A stretch of 64,000 bases of DNA, taken from positions 1-64,000 of IMG/VR virus record IMGVR_UViG_3300032295_002982; one strand, 5' to 3'. The notes beneath the pieces were generated by a model, which worked only from the letters and a program-made list of their open reading frames with translations, was not told the DNA's origin and made no database searches. This stretch comes from a virus (taxonomy: Duplodnaviria; Caudoviricetes). Shown piece after piece: positions 22,257 to 32,275 of the stretch; positions within the stretch are counted from its first letter, which is position 1, and each line of letters opens with the position of its first letter. The position numbers and the translations under genes are program-made.

Positions 22257-23534
22257 ATGACTGCCCAAACTACTGCAAACAAAAAAGAATCTGACAAGTT
22301 CAAGGACCTTATTGGTCCCATGGACAGTGCGCTAGACCGTGTTGTGCGAGAGAAATTGATCACTGCTCGTGTGGGTCTCTTGCTGCGGGCAAGCTTTTTT
22401 GGCAACCTAGCCACGCGATTGAAACTGGTCAATGCTGACGAATGGTGCGGTACCGCAGCCACTGACGGCAGAAACTTTTACTACAACAGTCGTTTCGTAA
22501 ACATGCTCAAGCCCAAAGAAATTGAATTCCTGTTTGGGCACGAAGTGTTGCACTGTGTGTATGACCATTTTGGTCGTCGCAGCGAGCGTGATCCCATGCT
22601 GTGGAACATTGCCAATGACTTTGCGGTGAACTCTGACCTCCGCAAACACGGCGTGGGCGAATTCATAACCACAGTGCCTTGCTTGTTTGATCGCAAGTAC
22701 GACGGCATGAGTTCAGAAGAGATCTATGATGATCTCTACGAGAACGCAGAAAAGATCGACATCAGCCAGTTGATTGATCGCATGATTGACGAGCACATGG
22801 ATGGCGACGAAGAAGGTGAAGGCAACGGCAATGGCACCGAAGGCGATGGCAAAGGCCGTCCCCGACTCAGTGCAGAAGAACGTGCCAAGATCCGTGATGA
22901 GATCAAAGAAGCCATGCTGGCGGCAGCACAGACAGCAGACGGTGCCGGCAATATTCCAGCCGGTGTGCGTAGACTGATTCAACAGCTCACAGAGCCCAAG
23001 ATGAACTGGCGAGAGCTGTTACGCCAGCAGCTGGAGAGTACCATCAAGTCAGACTTTACCTGGATGCGAGCAAGTCGTCGAGGCTGGCACATGGATGCTG
23101 TGATGCCGGGCATGAAGCTGGATCCCATGATTGACATTTGTGTGGCCATTGATGCATCAGGCTCCATGGACGATGACATGCTCAAAGACATCCTGGGCGA
23201 AGTTCAAGGCATTATGGACACATTCCCGGCATTTCGAATTCATGTCATGAGCTTTGACACTGAAGTGTACAATCCACAACAGTACAACTCAGAGAATCTT
23301 GACAGCATCACCAGCTATGAAATACAGGGTGGTGGCGGCACTGACTTCAGTTGTGTGTTTGACTATCTCAAAGCCGAAGAAATTGAGCCCAAGCGACTGG
23401 TGATGTTCACAGATGGCTACTGCGATCGGTGGGGCGATCCTGACTACTGCGACACAGTGTGGGTGATTCACAGCAACCCACATCTGGACTCTGTGCCGTT
23501 TGGTACTTTTGCGCACTATGAAGAGCAAGACTAA
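22257..23534 (+). CDS. Metallopeptidase + VWA domain protein (DUF2201/VWA-like), MoxR partner
   Basis: TAATDG, HEVLH (HExxH), IDASGSM MIDAS, GGGGTDF, FTDG. Confidence 0.88.
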   Translation: MTAQTTANKKESDKFKDLIGPMDSALDRVVREKLITARVGLLLRASFFGNLATRLKLVNADEWCGTAATDGRNFYYNSRFVNMLKPKEIEFLFGHEVLHCVYDHFGRRSERDPMLWNIANDFAVNSDLRKHGVGEFITTVPCLFDRKYDGMSSEEIYDDLYENAEKIDISQLIDRMIDEHMDGDEEGEGNGNGTEGDGKGRPRLSAEERAKIRDEIKEAMLAAAQTADGAGNIPAGVRRLIQQLTEPKMNWRELLRQQLESTIKSDFTWMRASRRGWHMDAVMPGMKLDPMIDICVAIDASGSMDDDMLKDILGEVQGIMDTFPAFRIHVMSFDTEVYNPQQYNSENLDSITSYEIQGGGGTDFSCVFDYLKAEEIEPKRLVMFTDGYCDRWGDPDYCDTVWVIHSNPHLDSVPFGTFAHYEEQD

Positions 23535-23568
23535 TCTACGTTTTTCACCTGGACGGCGGGATGGCAGC

Positions 23569-23775
23569 ATGTACTACACAGTGCTGGTGCTATCTCAGCC
23601 ATTTTACGGCGACAATCCTGAGTGGGACAACATGATGTCCTGGTGTGTTGAAAACTTCGGCCCGACTTCGCATGTCACTGTGGGCGAACCTGCTCAGCGT
23701 TGGTATGTAAACAACACTCGCTTTTGGTTTCGTGATCAACAGGATTTTGAGTGGTTCTCTTTGAAGTGGCTATAG
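23569..23775 (+). CDS. Hypothetical protein
   Basis: WCVENFG...FRDQQDFEWFSLKW. Confidence 0.6.
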   Translation: MYYTVLVLSQPFYGDNPEWDNMMSWCVENFGPTSHVTVGEPAQRWYVNNTRFWFRDQQDFEWFSLKWL

Positions 23776-23847
23776 TCAATCTTGCCAATTTGCTCCTCAA
23801 TGCTGCAAAAAAGAATTTGCAGCATTTTTTTTGACTTAAATATCTGC

Positions 23848-24042
23848 ATGGACAATACACAACTCACCATTGCCGACATGGCATCACTCAAGACACTGAT
23901 CGAAGCTGCCTGCACTCGTGGTGCTTTCCGCGCTCAGGAAATGAGCACAGTGGGACCAATCTATGACAAACTGACTCGATTTATCGAGTACACTTCAGCA
24001 CAAGTTGCTGGCAAGGCACCAAGAGGAGAAGAAAATGCTTAA
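23848..24042 (+). CDS. Hypothetical protein
   Basis: TAAATA upstream; RGAFRAQEMSTVG.IYDKL. Confidence 0.65.
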   Translation: MDNTQLTIADMASLKTLIEAACTRGAFRAQEMSTVGPIYDKLTRFIEYTSAQVAGKAPRGEENA

Positions 24043-24757
24043 ACATATCGGACGCCACGGAGACAGAAAAGTGGCATTGCTGTGGCGTGAAGTCCCAGGC
24101 GAAGACCACATGTGTCTAGTGGTTTACCCAGAAACATTGCCCACACATATTCACAACAGTATCATGGCCACACTGGAGAGCCCGCCCGGTCAGGCTGCTA
24201 CCACCTTGGCCGAAGTTTTACACAGAAATTATTTGCCAGACGGTAGAGTACAACTCACTGCCCTGCATCAAGAAGGCATGATCAAAAAGATACCTACCAA
24301 CCAGGTCATAGTCACGCCCAACGCTCAAAGTTCTGTAAAGCTTGACGAGCTAAATCGCATCCTCAAGGAAATGGAAACTGGTGAAGCTGCACGTCAGCGC
24401 ATGCAGGCCATCGACGAGGCCACAGGCATTGTGGATCCTGCGGTGAAGCGCAAGGCCGAAGCTGAATTCAAGCGTCAACAAGAACGTGGGACACCACCTC
24501 CGGTGCCCAACATCGCAGCCGGTCCCAACGGTGCATTGGATGATCAGAGTCTGGCCATGAACATGCTGGCACAGGCCAAACGCATGGAATCTGAAGCAGA
24601 AGGCATGATAAAAGAAGCAGCTCGCATGAAAAAAGACGCAGAACGCATGTACCCTGGTGTAGTGCCTGGCACATCCGAGGCTCAAGCCAAACCAGTGGCC
24701 ACCAAAACCACTCGCGGTCGTCCCAAAAAAGCGGTGGCTGAAAATGCCGCTGAATGA
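24035..24757 (+). CDS. Hypothetical protein with coiled coil and C-terminal AT-hook-like RGRPKK
   Basis: GAGGAG RBS. Confidence 0.75.
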   Translation: MLKHIGRHGDRKVALLWREVPGEDHMCLVVYPETLPTHIHNSIMATLESPPGQAATTLAEVLHRNYLPDGRVQLTALHQEGMIKKIPTNQVIVTPNAQSSVKLDELNRILKEMETGEAARQRMQAIDEATGIVDPAVKRKAEAEFKRQQERGTPPPVPNIAAGPNGALDDQSLAMNMLAQAKRMESEAEGMIKEAARMKKDAERMYPGVVPGTSEAQAKPVATKTTRGRPKKAVAENAAE

Positions 24758-25046
24758 AAATTTCATTGCGATGTGGGAACACATCATTGAAGAAGTCAAC
24801 AAAACTGATGTGCCACTGGAATGTATCAAAAAAATGGTGATCAAACTGCATGGCAAAAAACAGCGCACATTGAATCTTGATGTGTTGCGTAAACAGGGCC
24901 TGGACAATGAACAATTGGAGGCTGTTGTAAACAAAACATTTCATGAACTCAATGACGAAATACGCGATGTTGAGTTTGTGGTTGATGTCAATGCCGTGGC
25001 ACAACTGGTGCAGCCAGAAACTGATCGATTGTTGAACGGTCTTTGA
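24744..25046 (+). CDS. Hypothetical protein
   Basis: Overlaps the previous stop. Confidence 0.7.
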   Translation: MPLNENFIAMWEHIIEEVNKTDVPLECIKKMVIKLHGKKQRTLNLDVLRKQGLDNEQLEAVVNKTFHELNDEIRDVEFVVDVNAVAQLVQPETDRLLNGL

Positions 25047-25049
25047 AAC

Positions 25050-25071
25050 AGGGTGCATAGCACCCTTTTTT
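25050..25071 (+). terminator. Intrinsic terminator
   Basis: AGGGTGC-ATA-GCACCCT-T5. Confidence 0.75.
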
Positions 25072-25072
25072 A

Positions 25073-25101
25073 TTGACCACAGTCAATATCTGTGTTACAA
25101 T
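25073..25101 (+). promoter_or_regulatory. sigma70-type promoter of the thyX operon
   Basis: TTGACC-17-TACAAT. Confidence 0.8.
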
Positions 25102-25107
25102 AATCCT

Positions 25108-25794
25108 ATGCAAGTACGTTTACTATCTTATAGCCAACCCACATCAGAGTTTGCGGCGCAAGGCATTGCTGATGCGCAGGAACTCATTGCCTACTGCGCA
25201 AGAGTCAGCAATCCCAGCAATCAGCTCAATACAGAGACATCCCAACGTCTGATCCGATACCTGATCAAACATCAACATTGGTCGCCCTTGGAGATGGTGA
25301 GTGCATGTCTGGAGATCACTACCACTCGAGACATTGCTAGACAAATTCTACGACATCGCAGTTTCAGTTTTCAAGAATTCAGTCAACGCTATGCGGATCC
25401 CACACAGGATCTTGATTTTGTCACACGCGAAGCTCGACTACAAGACACTGCCAATAGACAAAACAGTATAGAACTAGACCTTGCCCATGACCTTGATGCT
25501 AGAGAACTCAATCGCGAATGGTATCAGCGTCAGTTGGATGTGATCAAGGCAGCACGTGAAACCTATACCTGGGCTGTAAACAACGGCATTGCCAAAGAGC
25601 AGGCTCGTGCAGTGCTGCCCGAAGGACTCATGAGCAGTCGTTTGTACATGAATGGCACTCTACGTAGCTGGATACATTTCATAGAACTGCGCAGTGGCAA
25701 TGGCACCCAACGCGAACATCAGCAAGTGGCTGTGGCCTGTGCCAATGTCATTGCAGCAATTTTTCCCATGGCTGTTGAGTTGACTTCGGCCTAA
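25108..25794 (+). CDS. thyX: FAD-dependent thymidylate synthase
   Basis: CARVSN, HWSPLE, RQILRHRSFSFQEFSQRY, EQARAVLP, LRSWIHFIELR. Confidence 0.97.
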   Translation: MQVRLLSYSQPTSEFAAQGIADAQELIAYCARVSNPSNQLNTETSQRLIRYLIKHQHWSPLEMVSACLEITTTRDIARQILRHRSFSFQEFSQRYADPTQDLDFVTREARLQDTANRQNSIELDLAHDLDARELNREWYQRQLDVIKAARETYTWAVNNGIAKEQARAVLPEGLMSSRLYMNGTLRSWIHFIELRSGNGTQREHQQVAVACANVIAAIFPMAVELTSA

Positions 25795-25795
25795 C

Positions 25796-26032
25796 ATGCC
25801 ACGAGTCAAGGTCCATGAATTCAATCTGGGCGATGTTGAGGATCCAGATTTGTATGTAGCAGCACCAATTATGGAATGGCAAAACACCGAAGTGGGTCAA
25901 TGGGTCATGCAACATTCCAGTGACACTGTGTTTCAGCGCCACAACAATCCCTTGGTTTGGGGTTACACCTACAGTATTGTTGCGGATTTGTCTGATCAAG
26001 ACGCTGTGTTCTTTGCATTAAAATGGCAATAA
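25796..26032 (+). CDS. Hypothetical protein
   Basis: GDVEDPDLYVAAP...DAVFFALKW. Confidence 0.65.
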   Translation: MPRVKVHEFNLGDVEDPDLYVAAPIMEWQNTEVGQWVMQHSSDTVFQRHNNPLVWGYTYSIVADLSDQDAVFFALKWQ

Positions 26033-26052
26033 TTGTTAGAATAGGATCAAGC

Positions 26053-27051
26053 ATGAAATTTTTAGTTACTGGTGGTTACGGTTTGATTGGACACAATGTT
26101 GTTCAGCGTCTCAAACAGCAAGATTATGAAGTCAAGATCATTGACAACATGACCAATTATGGTATCATTCCACAGAGCGAACTCAACTACCTAATGAGTG
26201 AGCGCATGAAGAAACTCAATCACCACGAGTTTTTCCGCGCCAGTATTGAAGAAGGCAATGTGGTTGACTACATCATGGAAAAAACACAGCCAGAAGTTGT
26301 GATTCACTGTGCCAGTTTCCCAAGACAAAAAGTCGTCAACGCTAATCCTGCACACGGTGCTCAGGTCATGATGGAAGGCTTGATCAATCTCCTGGAGGCT
26401 GCAAAGAAACACAAGGTGCAACGTTTTGTGTACATCAGTTCCAGCATGGTGTATGGAGACTTTGAAGATCAAGTGTTAGAGGATGACGAATGTAATCCAC
26501 AGGGACAGTACGGTGTCATGAAACTGGCTGGCGAATGGCTGGTGAAAGACTATGCGCGGCGCACTGGTATGGAATATGTTATCATAAGACCCAGTGCTGT
26601 GTATGGTCCTCTAGATGTGGAAGACCGTGTGGTTGCCAAGTTCATGCTGGCAGCCATGCGTGGCGATGTACTCAAGGTAAACGGTGCTCAAGAAACCCTG
26701 GACTTCACCTACGTTGACGATGCAGCTGACGGCATTGTGGCTGCTGCTACATTGATCATGGCTCGCAACAACACCTACAACATCACCAAGAGTCACAGTG
26801 TGAGTCTGTTACAGGCAGCAGAAATGATTGTTGACATGGTAGGCTCTGGCACAGTGGAAGTGCGTGACAAAGATGCAGACTTCCCCAGCCGTGGTGCTCT
26901 CAACATTGATCGAGCCCGGCGTATCCTGTTTTATGATCCCAAGGTAGACGTTGAGGAAGGTTTCCAACGCTACTATGATTGGCTCAAGGACAGTCCTTAT
27001 TGGAACAAACATGCAAATACCCTTCACCAATCTACATCAGCAGTATCTTGA
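26053..27051 (+). CDS. NAD-dependent epimerase/dehydratase
   Basis: TGGYGLIG, SSSMVYG, YGVMK (YxxxK), RPSAVYGP, DFTYVDD. Confidence 0.92.
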   Translation: MKFLVTGGYGLIGHNVVQRLKQQDYEVKIIDNMTNYGIIPQSELNYLMSERMKKLNHHEFFRASIEEGNVVDYIMEKTQPEVVIHCASFPRQKVVNANPAHGAQVMMEGLINLLEAAKKHKVQRFVYISSSMVYGDFEDQVLEDDECNPQGQYGVMKLAGEWLVKDYARRTGMEYVIIRPSAVYGPLDVEDRVVAKFMLAAMRGDVLKVNGAQETLDFTYVDDAADGIVAAATLIMARNNTYNITKSHSVSLLQAAEMIVDMVGSGTVEVRDKDADFPSRGALNIDRARRILFYDPKVDVEEGFQRYYDWLKDSPYWNKHANTLHQSTSAVS

Positions 27052-28096
27052 TTGTCAGCCAGAAATAGATCAGGCCATTGCTGACACAATTGCTAGCACC
27101 AGTTTTATCACTGGTCCTGATGTCACACGATTTGAAACTGCCTTTGCTGACTATGTGGGAGCCGAAGACTGTGCTGCCACTGGCTCTGGTACCACTGCTC
27201 TAATTTGTGCTCTGCGAGCCTTGGGCATTGGCCCTGGCGACAAGGTATTGACCACTCCGCACACTTTTGTTGCTACCACAGAAGCCATTGTGGTGGCAGG
27301 TGCTGAACCTGTGTTTGTTGACATTGATCCAGACACACATCTAATAGATCTAGATGATCTCGAACGCAAGATAACTCTAGAATGTCGTGCGGTGTTGTTT
27401 GTAGACATCTATGGGCAATGCCCCGATCTTGTGAGGCTCAACGATATCTGTACTCGTCATGACTTGGCCATGATTGAAGATGCTGCGCACAGCATTGGCA
27501 ACACATTCAATGGTAGGCCCGTGGGTAGTATTGCTGATATTACTTGTTTCAGTTTTAATCCTGTAAAAAATCTAGGTGCAATGGGCGATGCAGGCTGCTG
27601 CACTGGCAGTCGTCGACACATGGAACAGGTGAGAAAATTTAGAGATCACGGACGCACCGGACGCTATGACATTGTGGACATTGGTTACAATGCCAGAATT
27701 GACAACCTGCAGAGCAACATTGTGTTGGCCAAACTACCACAATTGTCTGCATGGTTGGAACGCAAGCGCACCATATGTGCCTACTACGACCACAGGTTCA
27801 ATGACGTGGTTAAAACTGTGCGTCGTGAATCAGGCAACAGTCACAGCTATTATGTGTATGTGATACAGACCGAACAGCGTGATCAGCTGCGAGCTTTTCT
27901 GGAAAGTCGCGGTATTGGTACCAACATTCACTATGCAACTACCACGCACTTGCAGCCGGCCTATCAACGCTGGAGCACACCGTGTCCGGTGGCCGAACGC
28001 ACTGTGCAAGAAATTTTGAGTCTGCCGTGTTGGTACAGCATGAGTGATGACCAAGTTGACTGTGTGGCTGACACCGTTGTGGAGTTCTTTGCATGA
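27011..28096 (+). CDS. DegT/DnrJ/EryC1/StrS sugar aminotransferase
   Basis: GSGTTAL, EDAAHS, SFNPVKNLG..GD.G, GYNARID. Confidence 0.93.
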   Translation: MQIPFTNLHQQYLDCQPEIDQAIADTIASTSFITGPDVTRFETAFADYVGAEDCAATGSGTTALICALRALGIGPGDKVLTTPHTFVATTEAIVVAGAEPVFVDIDPDTHLIDLDDLERKITLECRAVLFVDIYGQCPDLVRLNDICTRHDLAMIEDAAHSIGNTFNGRPVGSIADITCFSFNPVKNLGAMGDAGCCTGSRRHMEQVRKFRDHGRTGRYDIVDIGYNARIDNLQSNIVLAKLPQLSAWLERKRTICAYYDHRFNDVVKTVRRESGNSHSYYVYVIQTEQRDQLRAFLESRGIGTNIHYATTTHLQPAYQRWSTPCPVAERTVQEILSLPCWYSMSDDQVDCVADTVVEFFA

Positions 28097-28968
28097 ACAT
28101 GTGGCTGGTAGGTGCTGGATATTGGGGCTCGCGCCTGGCACAAGATCTTGAGTTGCTGGGTGTGACACCGCGCATCATTGACATCAAGAACGATCAAAGC
28201 ATTGACGATATTGATACTCTAGATCCTGTGATGCTGGCCACTCCACTGTGGGAACACCACTCACAGGTGTGTGAGTTACTGCAACGTGGGCACGATGTGT
28301 ACGTGGAAAAGCCCATGGCAGAAACTCATGACCAAATCTGCCAAATCAAAAAATGTCTTGGTGCGGATCAACTGCTGATGGTGGGACATTTGTTCATACA
28401 TCATCCGCAAATGGATGAAATCAAATCCTTGATTGCCACCAACGAAATTGGAGACCTACAACATATCAGCAGTCGCAGATTGAACTGGGGCATCTATCAA
28501 ACCAAGACAGATCCTGTGTTGAGCTTGGCAGTGCATGACATCAGTATTGTCATGGAATTCCTTGATCAGCCCATACACTGTGTGCAAGTCAACTCCTGGA
28601 ATTACAGCAACAATTCTCAAGCTGATCGCGTGTGGTTTTCAGGCAAGGCCGGTATCACATTTGATGTTGATGTGAGTTGGGCATGGCCTGTGCGAACAAG
28701 ACAAACTGTGTTTGTTGGAACATCAGGACAAATTGTTTGGGACCAAGATGCCAACACTGTGACTGTGTACAAAAACACCGTGCAAAATTCACGTGCGGTG
28801 GCCGATCCTGCACCTAGAGTGATTGCATACAGTTATGAGCTCACTCCTTTGCAGGTAGAACTGCGGCACTGGTTGGATTGTTTGCGCACACGTCAACAGC
28901 CTCGCACCGGCATCGCTGCTGCCGAAGCAGTGGCCAACTTAGTTGACCAGATCAAGACTTTAATCTAG
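28093..28968 (+). CDS. Gfo/Idh/MocA oxidoreductase
   Basis: GAGYWG, VYVEKP, LAVHD. Confidence 0.88.
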   Translation: MNMWLVGAGYWGSRLAQDLELLGVTPRIIDIKNDQSIDDIDTLDPVMLATPLWEHHSQVCELLQRGHDVYVEKPMAETHDQICQIKKCLGADQLLMVGHLFIHHPQMDEIKSLIATNEIGDLQHISSRRLNWGIYQTKTDPVLSLAVHDISIVMEFLDQPIHCVQVNSWNYSNNSQADRVWFSGKAGITFDVDVSWAWPVRTRQTVFVGTSGQIVWDQDANTVTVYKNTVQNSRAVADPAPRVIAYSYELTPLQVELRHWLDCLRTRQQPRTGIAAAEAVANLVDQIKTLI

Positions 28969-31158
28969 TTCACCGTAACGGCTGCGGAAACGATCTCTCA
29001 GCCATTCCCACCTAAAGCTTTGTTTTAACAGTGCAAGACTGCCTTGGCATTGATTGAAAAATTCAACACCGTCGGCGGCACCACGCAACACCCACTCATT
29101 GTTTCTACCTTGTGCCTGCGATAACCATGTGCTGAGTCTATAGGCACCATCCACAGTGGGCGATTGGGATTCAAAATAACTCAGTTTGGCAGTTTCTCTA
29201 AATGCAGTGCGCCAGGCATGATAGGGAGTAGTGGCAAAGTCTGCGTGACAACTCAGTATGGGCACAGACTCATGTGGAAAACTCAAGGTGTAATCTAGAC
29301 CAAACTCACCCTGCTGATTGATTTCACGCACACCTTGACAGTTGTACATTACCATACCCATGTGTCCATACACAAGATCATTTGTGACATTGTGACAATC
29401 AAAGATGTAATGTTTGGGCTGTTGTAGATAGTCAGGCACAAAGTCAAAATCAAAACTGGGCTCTAGTTGAGTCTTGGCAAACACAGCGTAGAACCAAGGT
29501 GTGGTACTGACATCAGCAGCAGCTTCAAGCGCCAGTTCCATGCCAGCAACACCATGCACACGCCGAGCTCGGGCGCATCTTTGCTGTAACAACTGCCAGT
29601 TGGCATCGGCTTCAGGTTCATCGTAACTGATGAACACCACATCTTGCAATTGAGCTGGCATCCAGTTCTGCCGCGATCTATCTATGTTGGCGTAATCATA
29701 AAGTTGTTGACGTATATCTACCTGAGCCTGTCTAGGAACGATAACTGTGTTGCCAGCACGATCCAAAGGTATCATGGCTCTGGTTTCACTGCGCCATAAA
29801 TTCACAGCAGGCAGCGAGTCAGGCACAGTGTTTGTGCAAAACACTGCGAGTGGTCCTGACCAAGCAGCGGTTCGCACTGGCACAACATGACTGTCTTGAT
29901 TGTGTTTTATGCATGGCAAAGGTCTACGCGGCACTGATTGATCAACAAAATTAACTGAATACCATTCCAGCAATTCGCTGCGTTCGGCCATGCCAGCAAA
30001 GCTGGGCACATGCATGAAAAATGTATCGCCAAACTTTTGATCATCGCTGGCAAACACATGCAACATTGTGCTCTGCCATTGCTCAGGGTGCCAGGTAAAA
30101 TCAAAATTGGTGTAATCACACACCGTGCTGATGATCCAGGCATATTCGTGTTCGCCCACAAGAGTTTTTGCAATGCGAATCAAGGTGTCGCGATAGTTGT
30201 CAAAAAATCTTGCACGTCTATCAGCTACACCCGATGTATTTCCATCCAGATGATCAATTTCAACTGTGACCGTGGCCACGGCTGTGCTTTTGACCTGCAG
30301 CTGATCAAGGTACTTTACTTTGGTGGCACCGGGCACTGTGTACACTGGTCCTCCAGTGCGTTGATGTTGTGTGGCAAATTGATAAATGTAGGGCGGTGCT
30401 CCTGGATCAGGTACCCATGAAAAATCTAATTCTGCTGTGTCCACTGTGTCAGGCACTGTCCAATGTGTAAGATCTGGTACCAGTGTGGCACGTGGATAAG
30501 ACATATACTTGCGATCAGTGGCACCGTCAACATGATATTCCACTGTGGGCATTTTTTCAGCACTCCACCATTGATTGCCAAACACATATATCAAGGGCGG
30601 ATCGCCTGGATCAGGTAACCAACTGTAGTCCCATTCACAGTGCTCTAGAGTTTTCCAATGACGGCTGTGCCACTGTGGCAATTGGGCCACAGGATACGGC
30701 ATGTATTTTTTCTCTGTGGCACCGGGTGTGTGATATTCAACTGTGGACATGCGATTGGCTGGGTACCACTGATTGCCAAACACGTAGATATAGGGCGGAT
30801 CCATGGGATGCGGTTTCCAGGTGTAATCAAACTCTGCTGCGGGGTGAGTTTTAAAATTACACTGATCCGGTCTTAAGGGTATCACACGGTCATGAAAACG
30901 ATATTCAATGTCTGTTGCTGTGGCAGGAACCAAGAATGTTCCTGAATACTGGTGCCATTGACTGGGCCACGCATGCACATAGTGTTGTTCCCAAGACACT
31001 GGTTCCCAAAGAAAATCAAAGTCACTGTAATCCAATAAGTAATCTACCCACCAGAAATATCTAGTGCGTGTCAAAGACTGGGCGTGAGCAATTGATTCTG
31101 CTGGACGTTCGTGTGCAAAAAGATTTGGTTTTGTTCTGTTGTAAAATACGTCAAACAT
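28960..31158 (-). CDS. Repeat-containing protein with C-terminal glycosyltransferase-like domain
   Basis: Repeats of about 65 aa (DYSW.P.P.DPP.IYVFGNQW); C-terminal DVVFISYDEP...AWRTAFRE is paralogous to 47636-48562. Confidence 0.7.
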   Translation of the reverse strand: MFDVFYNRTKPNLFAHERPAESIAHAQSLTRTRYFWWVDYLLDYSDFDFLWEPVSWEQHYVHAWPSQWHQYSGTFLVPATATDIEYRFHDRVIPLRPDQCNFKTHPAAEFDYTWKPHPMDPPYIYVFGNQWYPANRMSTVEYHTPGATEKKYMPYPVAQLPQWHSRHWKTLEHCEWDYSWLPDPGDPPLIYVFGNQWWSAEKMPTVEYHVDGATDRKYMSYPRATLVPDLTHWTVPDTVDTAELDFSWVPDPGAPPYIYQFATQHQRTGGPVYTVPGATKVKYLDQLQVKSTAVATVTVEIDHLDGNTSGVADRRARFFDNYRDTLIRIAKTLVGEHEYAWIISTVCDYTNFDFTWHPEQWQSTMLHVFASDDQKFGDTFFMHVPSFAGMAERSELLEWYSVNFVDQSVPRRPLPCIKHNQDSHVVPVRTAAWSGPLAVFCTNTVPDSLPAVNLWRSETRAMIPLDRAGNTVIVPRQAQVDIRQQLYDYANIDRSRQNWMPAQLQDVVFISYDEPEADANWQLLQQRCARARRVHGVAGMELALEAAADVSTTPWFYAVFAKTQLEPSFDFDFVPDYLQQPKHYIFDCHNVTNDLVYGHMGMVMYNCQGVREINQQGEFGLDYTLSFPHESVPILSCHADFATTPYHAWRTAFRETAKLSYFESQSPTVDGAYRLSTWLSQAQGRNNEWVLRGAADGVEFFNQCQGSLALLKQSFRWEWLRDRFRSRYGELD

Positions 31159-32275
31159 GATAAGAGTAGATGAAATCTATAATAACACAATGTGGCCTTG
31201 GTTGCAACAAAATAGGCCGGGTGTGCGATTGTTTTTTTGTGACCCGCCAGGGCGCACTGATCCCGACAGTCTTGGCAATCATGGAACTCTTGTCATGCGA
31301 GAAACCAATTTTGTTTTTCTTCACGATCAAGAACCAATTCATTTAGATCTACACAAACCCTTGTTTGATGAAGTTGCTTGGCGCAATAGAGATTTAAAAT
31401 ACATCATGCATCCTCGCGGACAGTTTGCAGTGGCCAATCATGATGGAGCAGTGATAACAAGCGAACTAGGTGAAAACATGGAGGCTCTTTGCAGTATGTA
31501 TGACTGGCAGGGGCACTATTATTTCTATCATGGCTGGGCCTGTCTTGACTGGTTCCGTGGATATGATCGTAGTTTCTTGATACCAAGAGCCAGAGATAGA
31601 CAACCCAGCCGCACATTCATGAGCCCAAATCGTATCATAGGTGGACGTAGAGATCACAGAGTTTTGTTTTTGTACAAGGTGTATCGCCTGGGCCTAGCAC
31701 ACAATCACATCAGTGCGCCAAGACAGTGTCCACAAGAACAGGTTGACATACTAGAAGTTGCCAAAAGGTATAGTGCATACTATCCTGACATTGTGGAAGT
31801 TTTACAACAGGCAGATTTACCACGCATATTTGCTGGCGAGGCCACACAAGAAATGACTTCGTGTTGGTTGACCAACTTTGTCGAGGCTGCAGACAGCTTG
31901 ATCTATGTGCCTACAGAAACTGTGTATTTTGGCCGCAGATTACACATCACAGAAAAAACTTTCAAGGCCATAGCACTGGAAATGCCTTTTGTGTTGATGG
32001 CTCCTGCTGGTAGTCTAGAATACATGCGTCGTTACGGATTCAAAACTTTTGATTCAATTTGGGATGAAAGTTATGATCTTGAAACCAACGATTTTGAGCG
32101 ACTGAACAAAGTGTCTGATCTCCTAAAGTCAATAGATGACATGAGTCAGCACGAGCGACAACAGTTATGGCAACACTGTTTGCCTATTGTTGAACACAAC
32201 TATAATCATTTTTACAAGGGCGGTTTGGCTGACATACTGTGGCCAGAACTCGTCAACATGTTGAATGGCATTTAA
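31157..32275 (+). CDS. GT-B/GT10-like putative glycosyltransferase, paralog 1
   Basis: ET..ITEKTFKAI...PFV...GFKTFD..DESYD motif. Confidence 0.6.
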   Translation: MIRVDEIYNNTMWPWLQQNRPGVRLFFCDPPGRTDPDSLGNHGTLVMRETNFVFLHDQEPIHLDLHKPLFDEVAWRNRDLKYIMHPRGQFAVANHDGAVITSELGENMEALCSMYDWQGHYYFYHGWACLDWFRGYDRSFLIPRARDRQPSRTFMSPNRIIGGRRDHRVLFLYKVYRLGLAHNHISAPRQCPQEQVDILEVAKRYSAYYPDIVEVLQQADLPRIFAGEATQEMTSCWLTNFVEAADSLIYVPTETVYFGRRLHITEKTFKAIALEMPFVLMAPAGSLEYMRRYGFKTFDSIWDESYDLETNDFERLNKVSDLLKSIDDMSQHERQQLWQHCLPIVEHNYNHFYKGGLADILWPELVNMLNGI

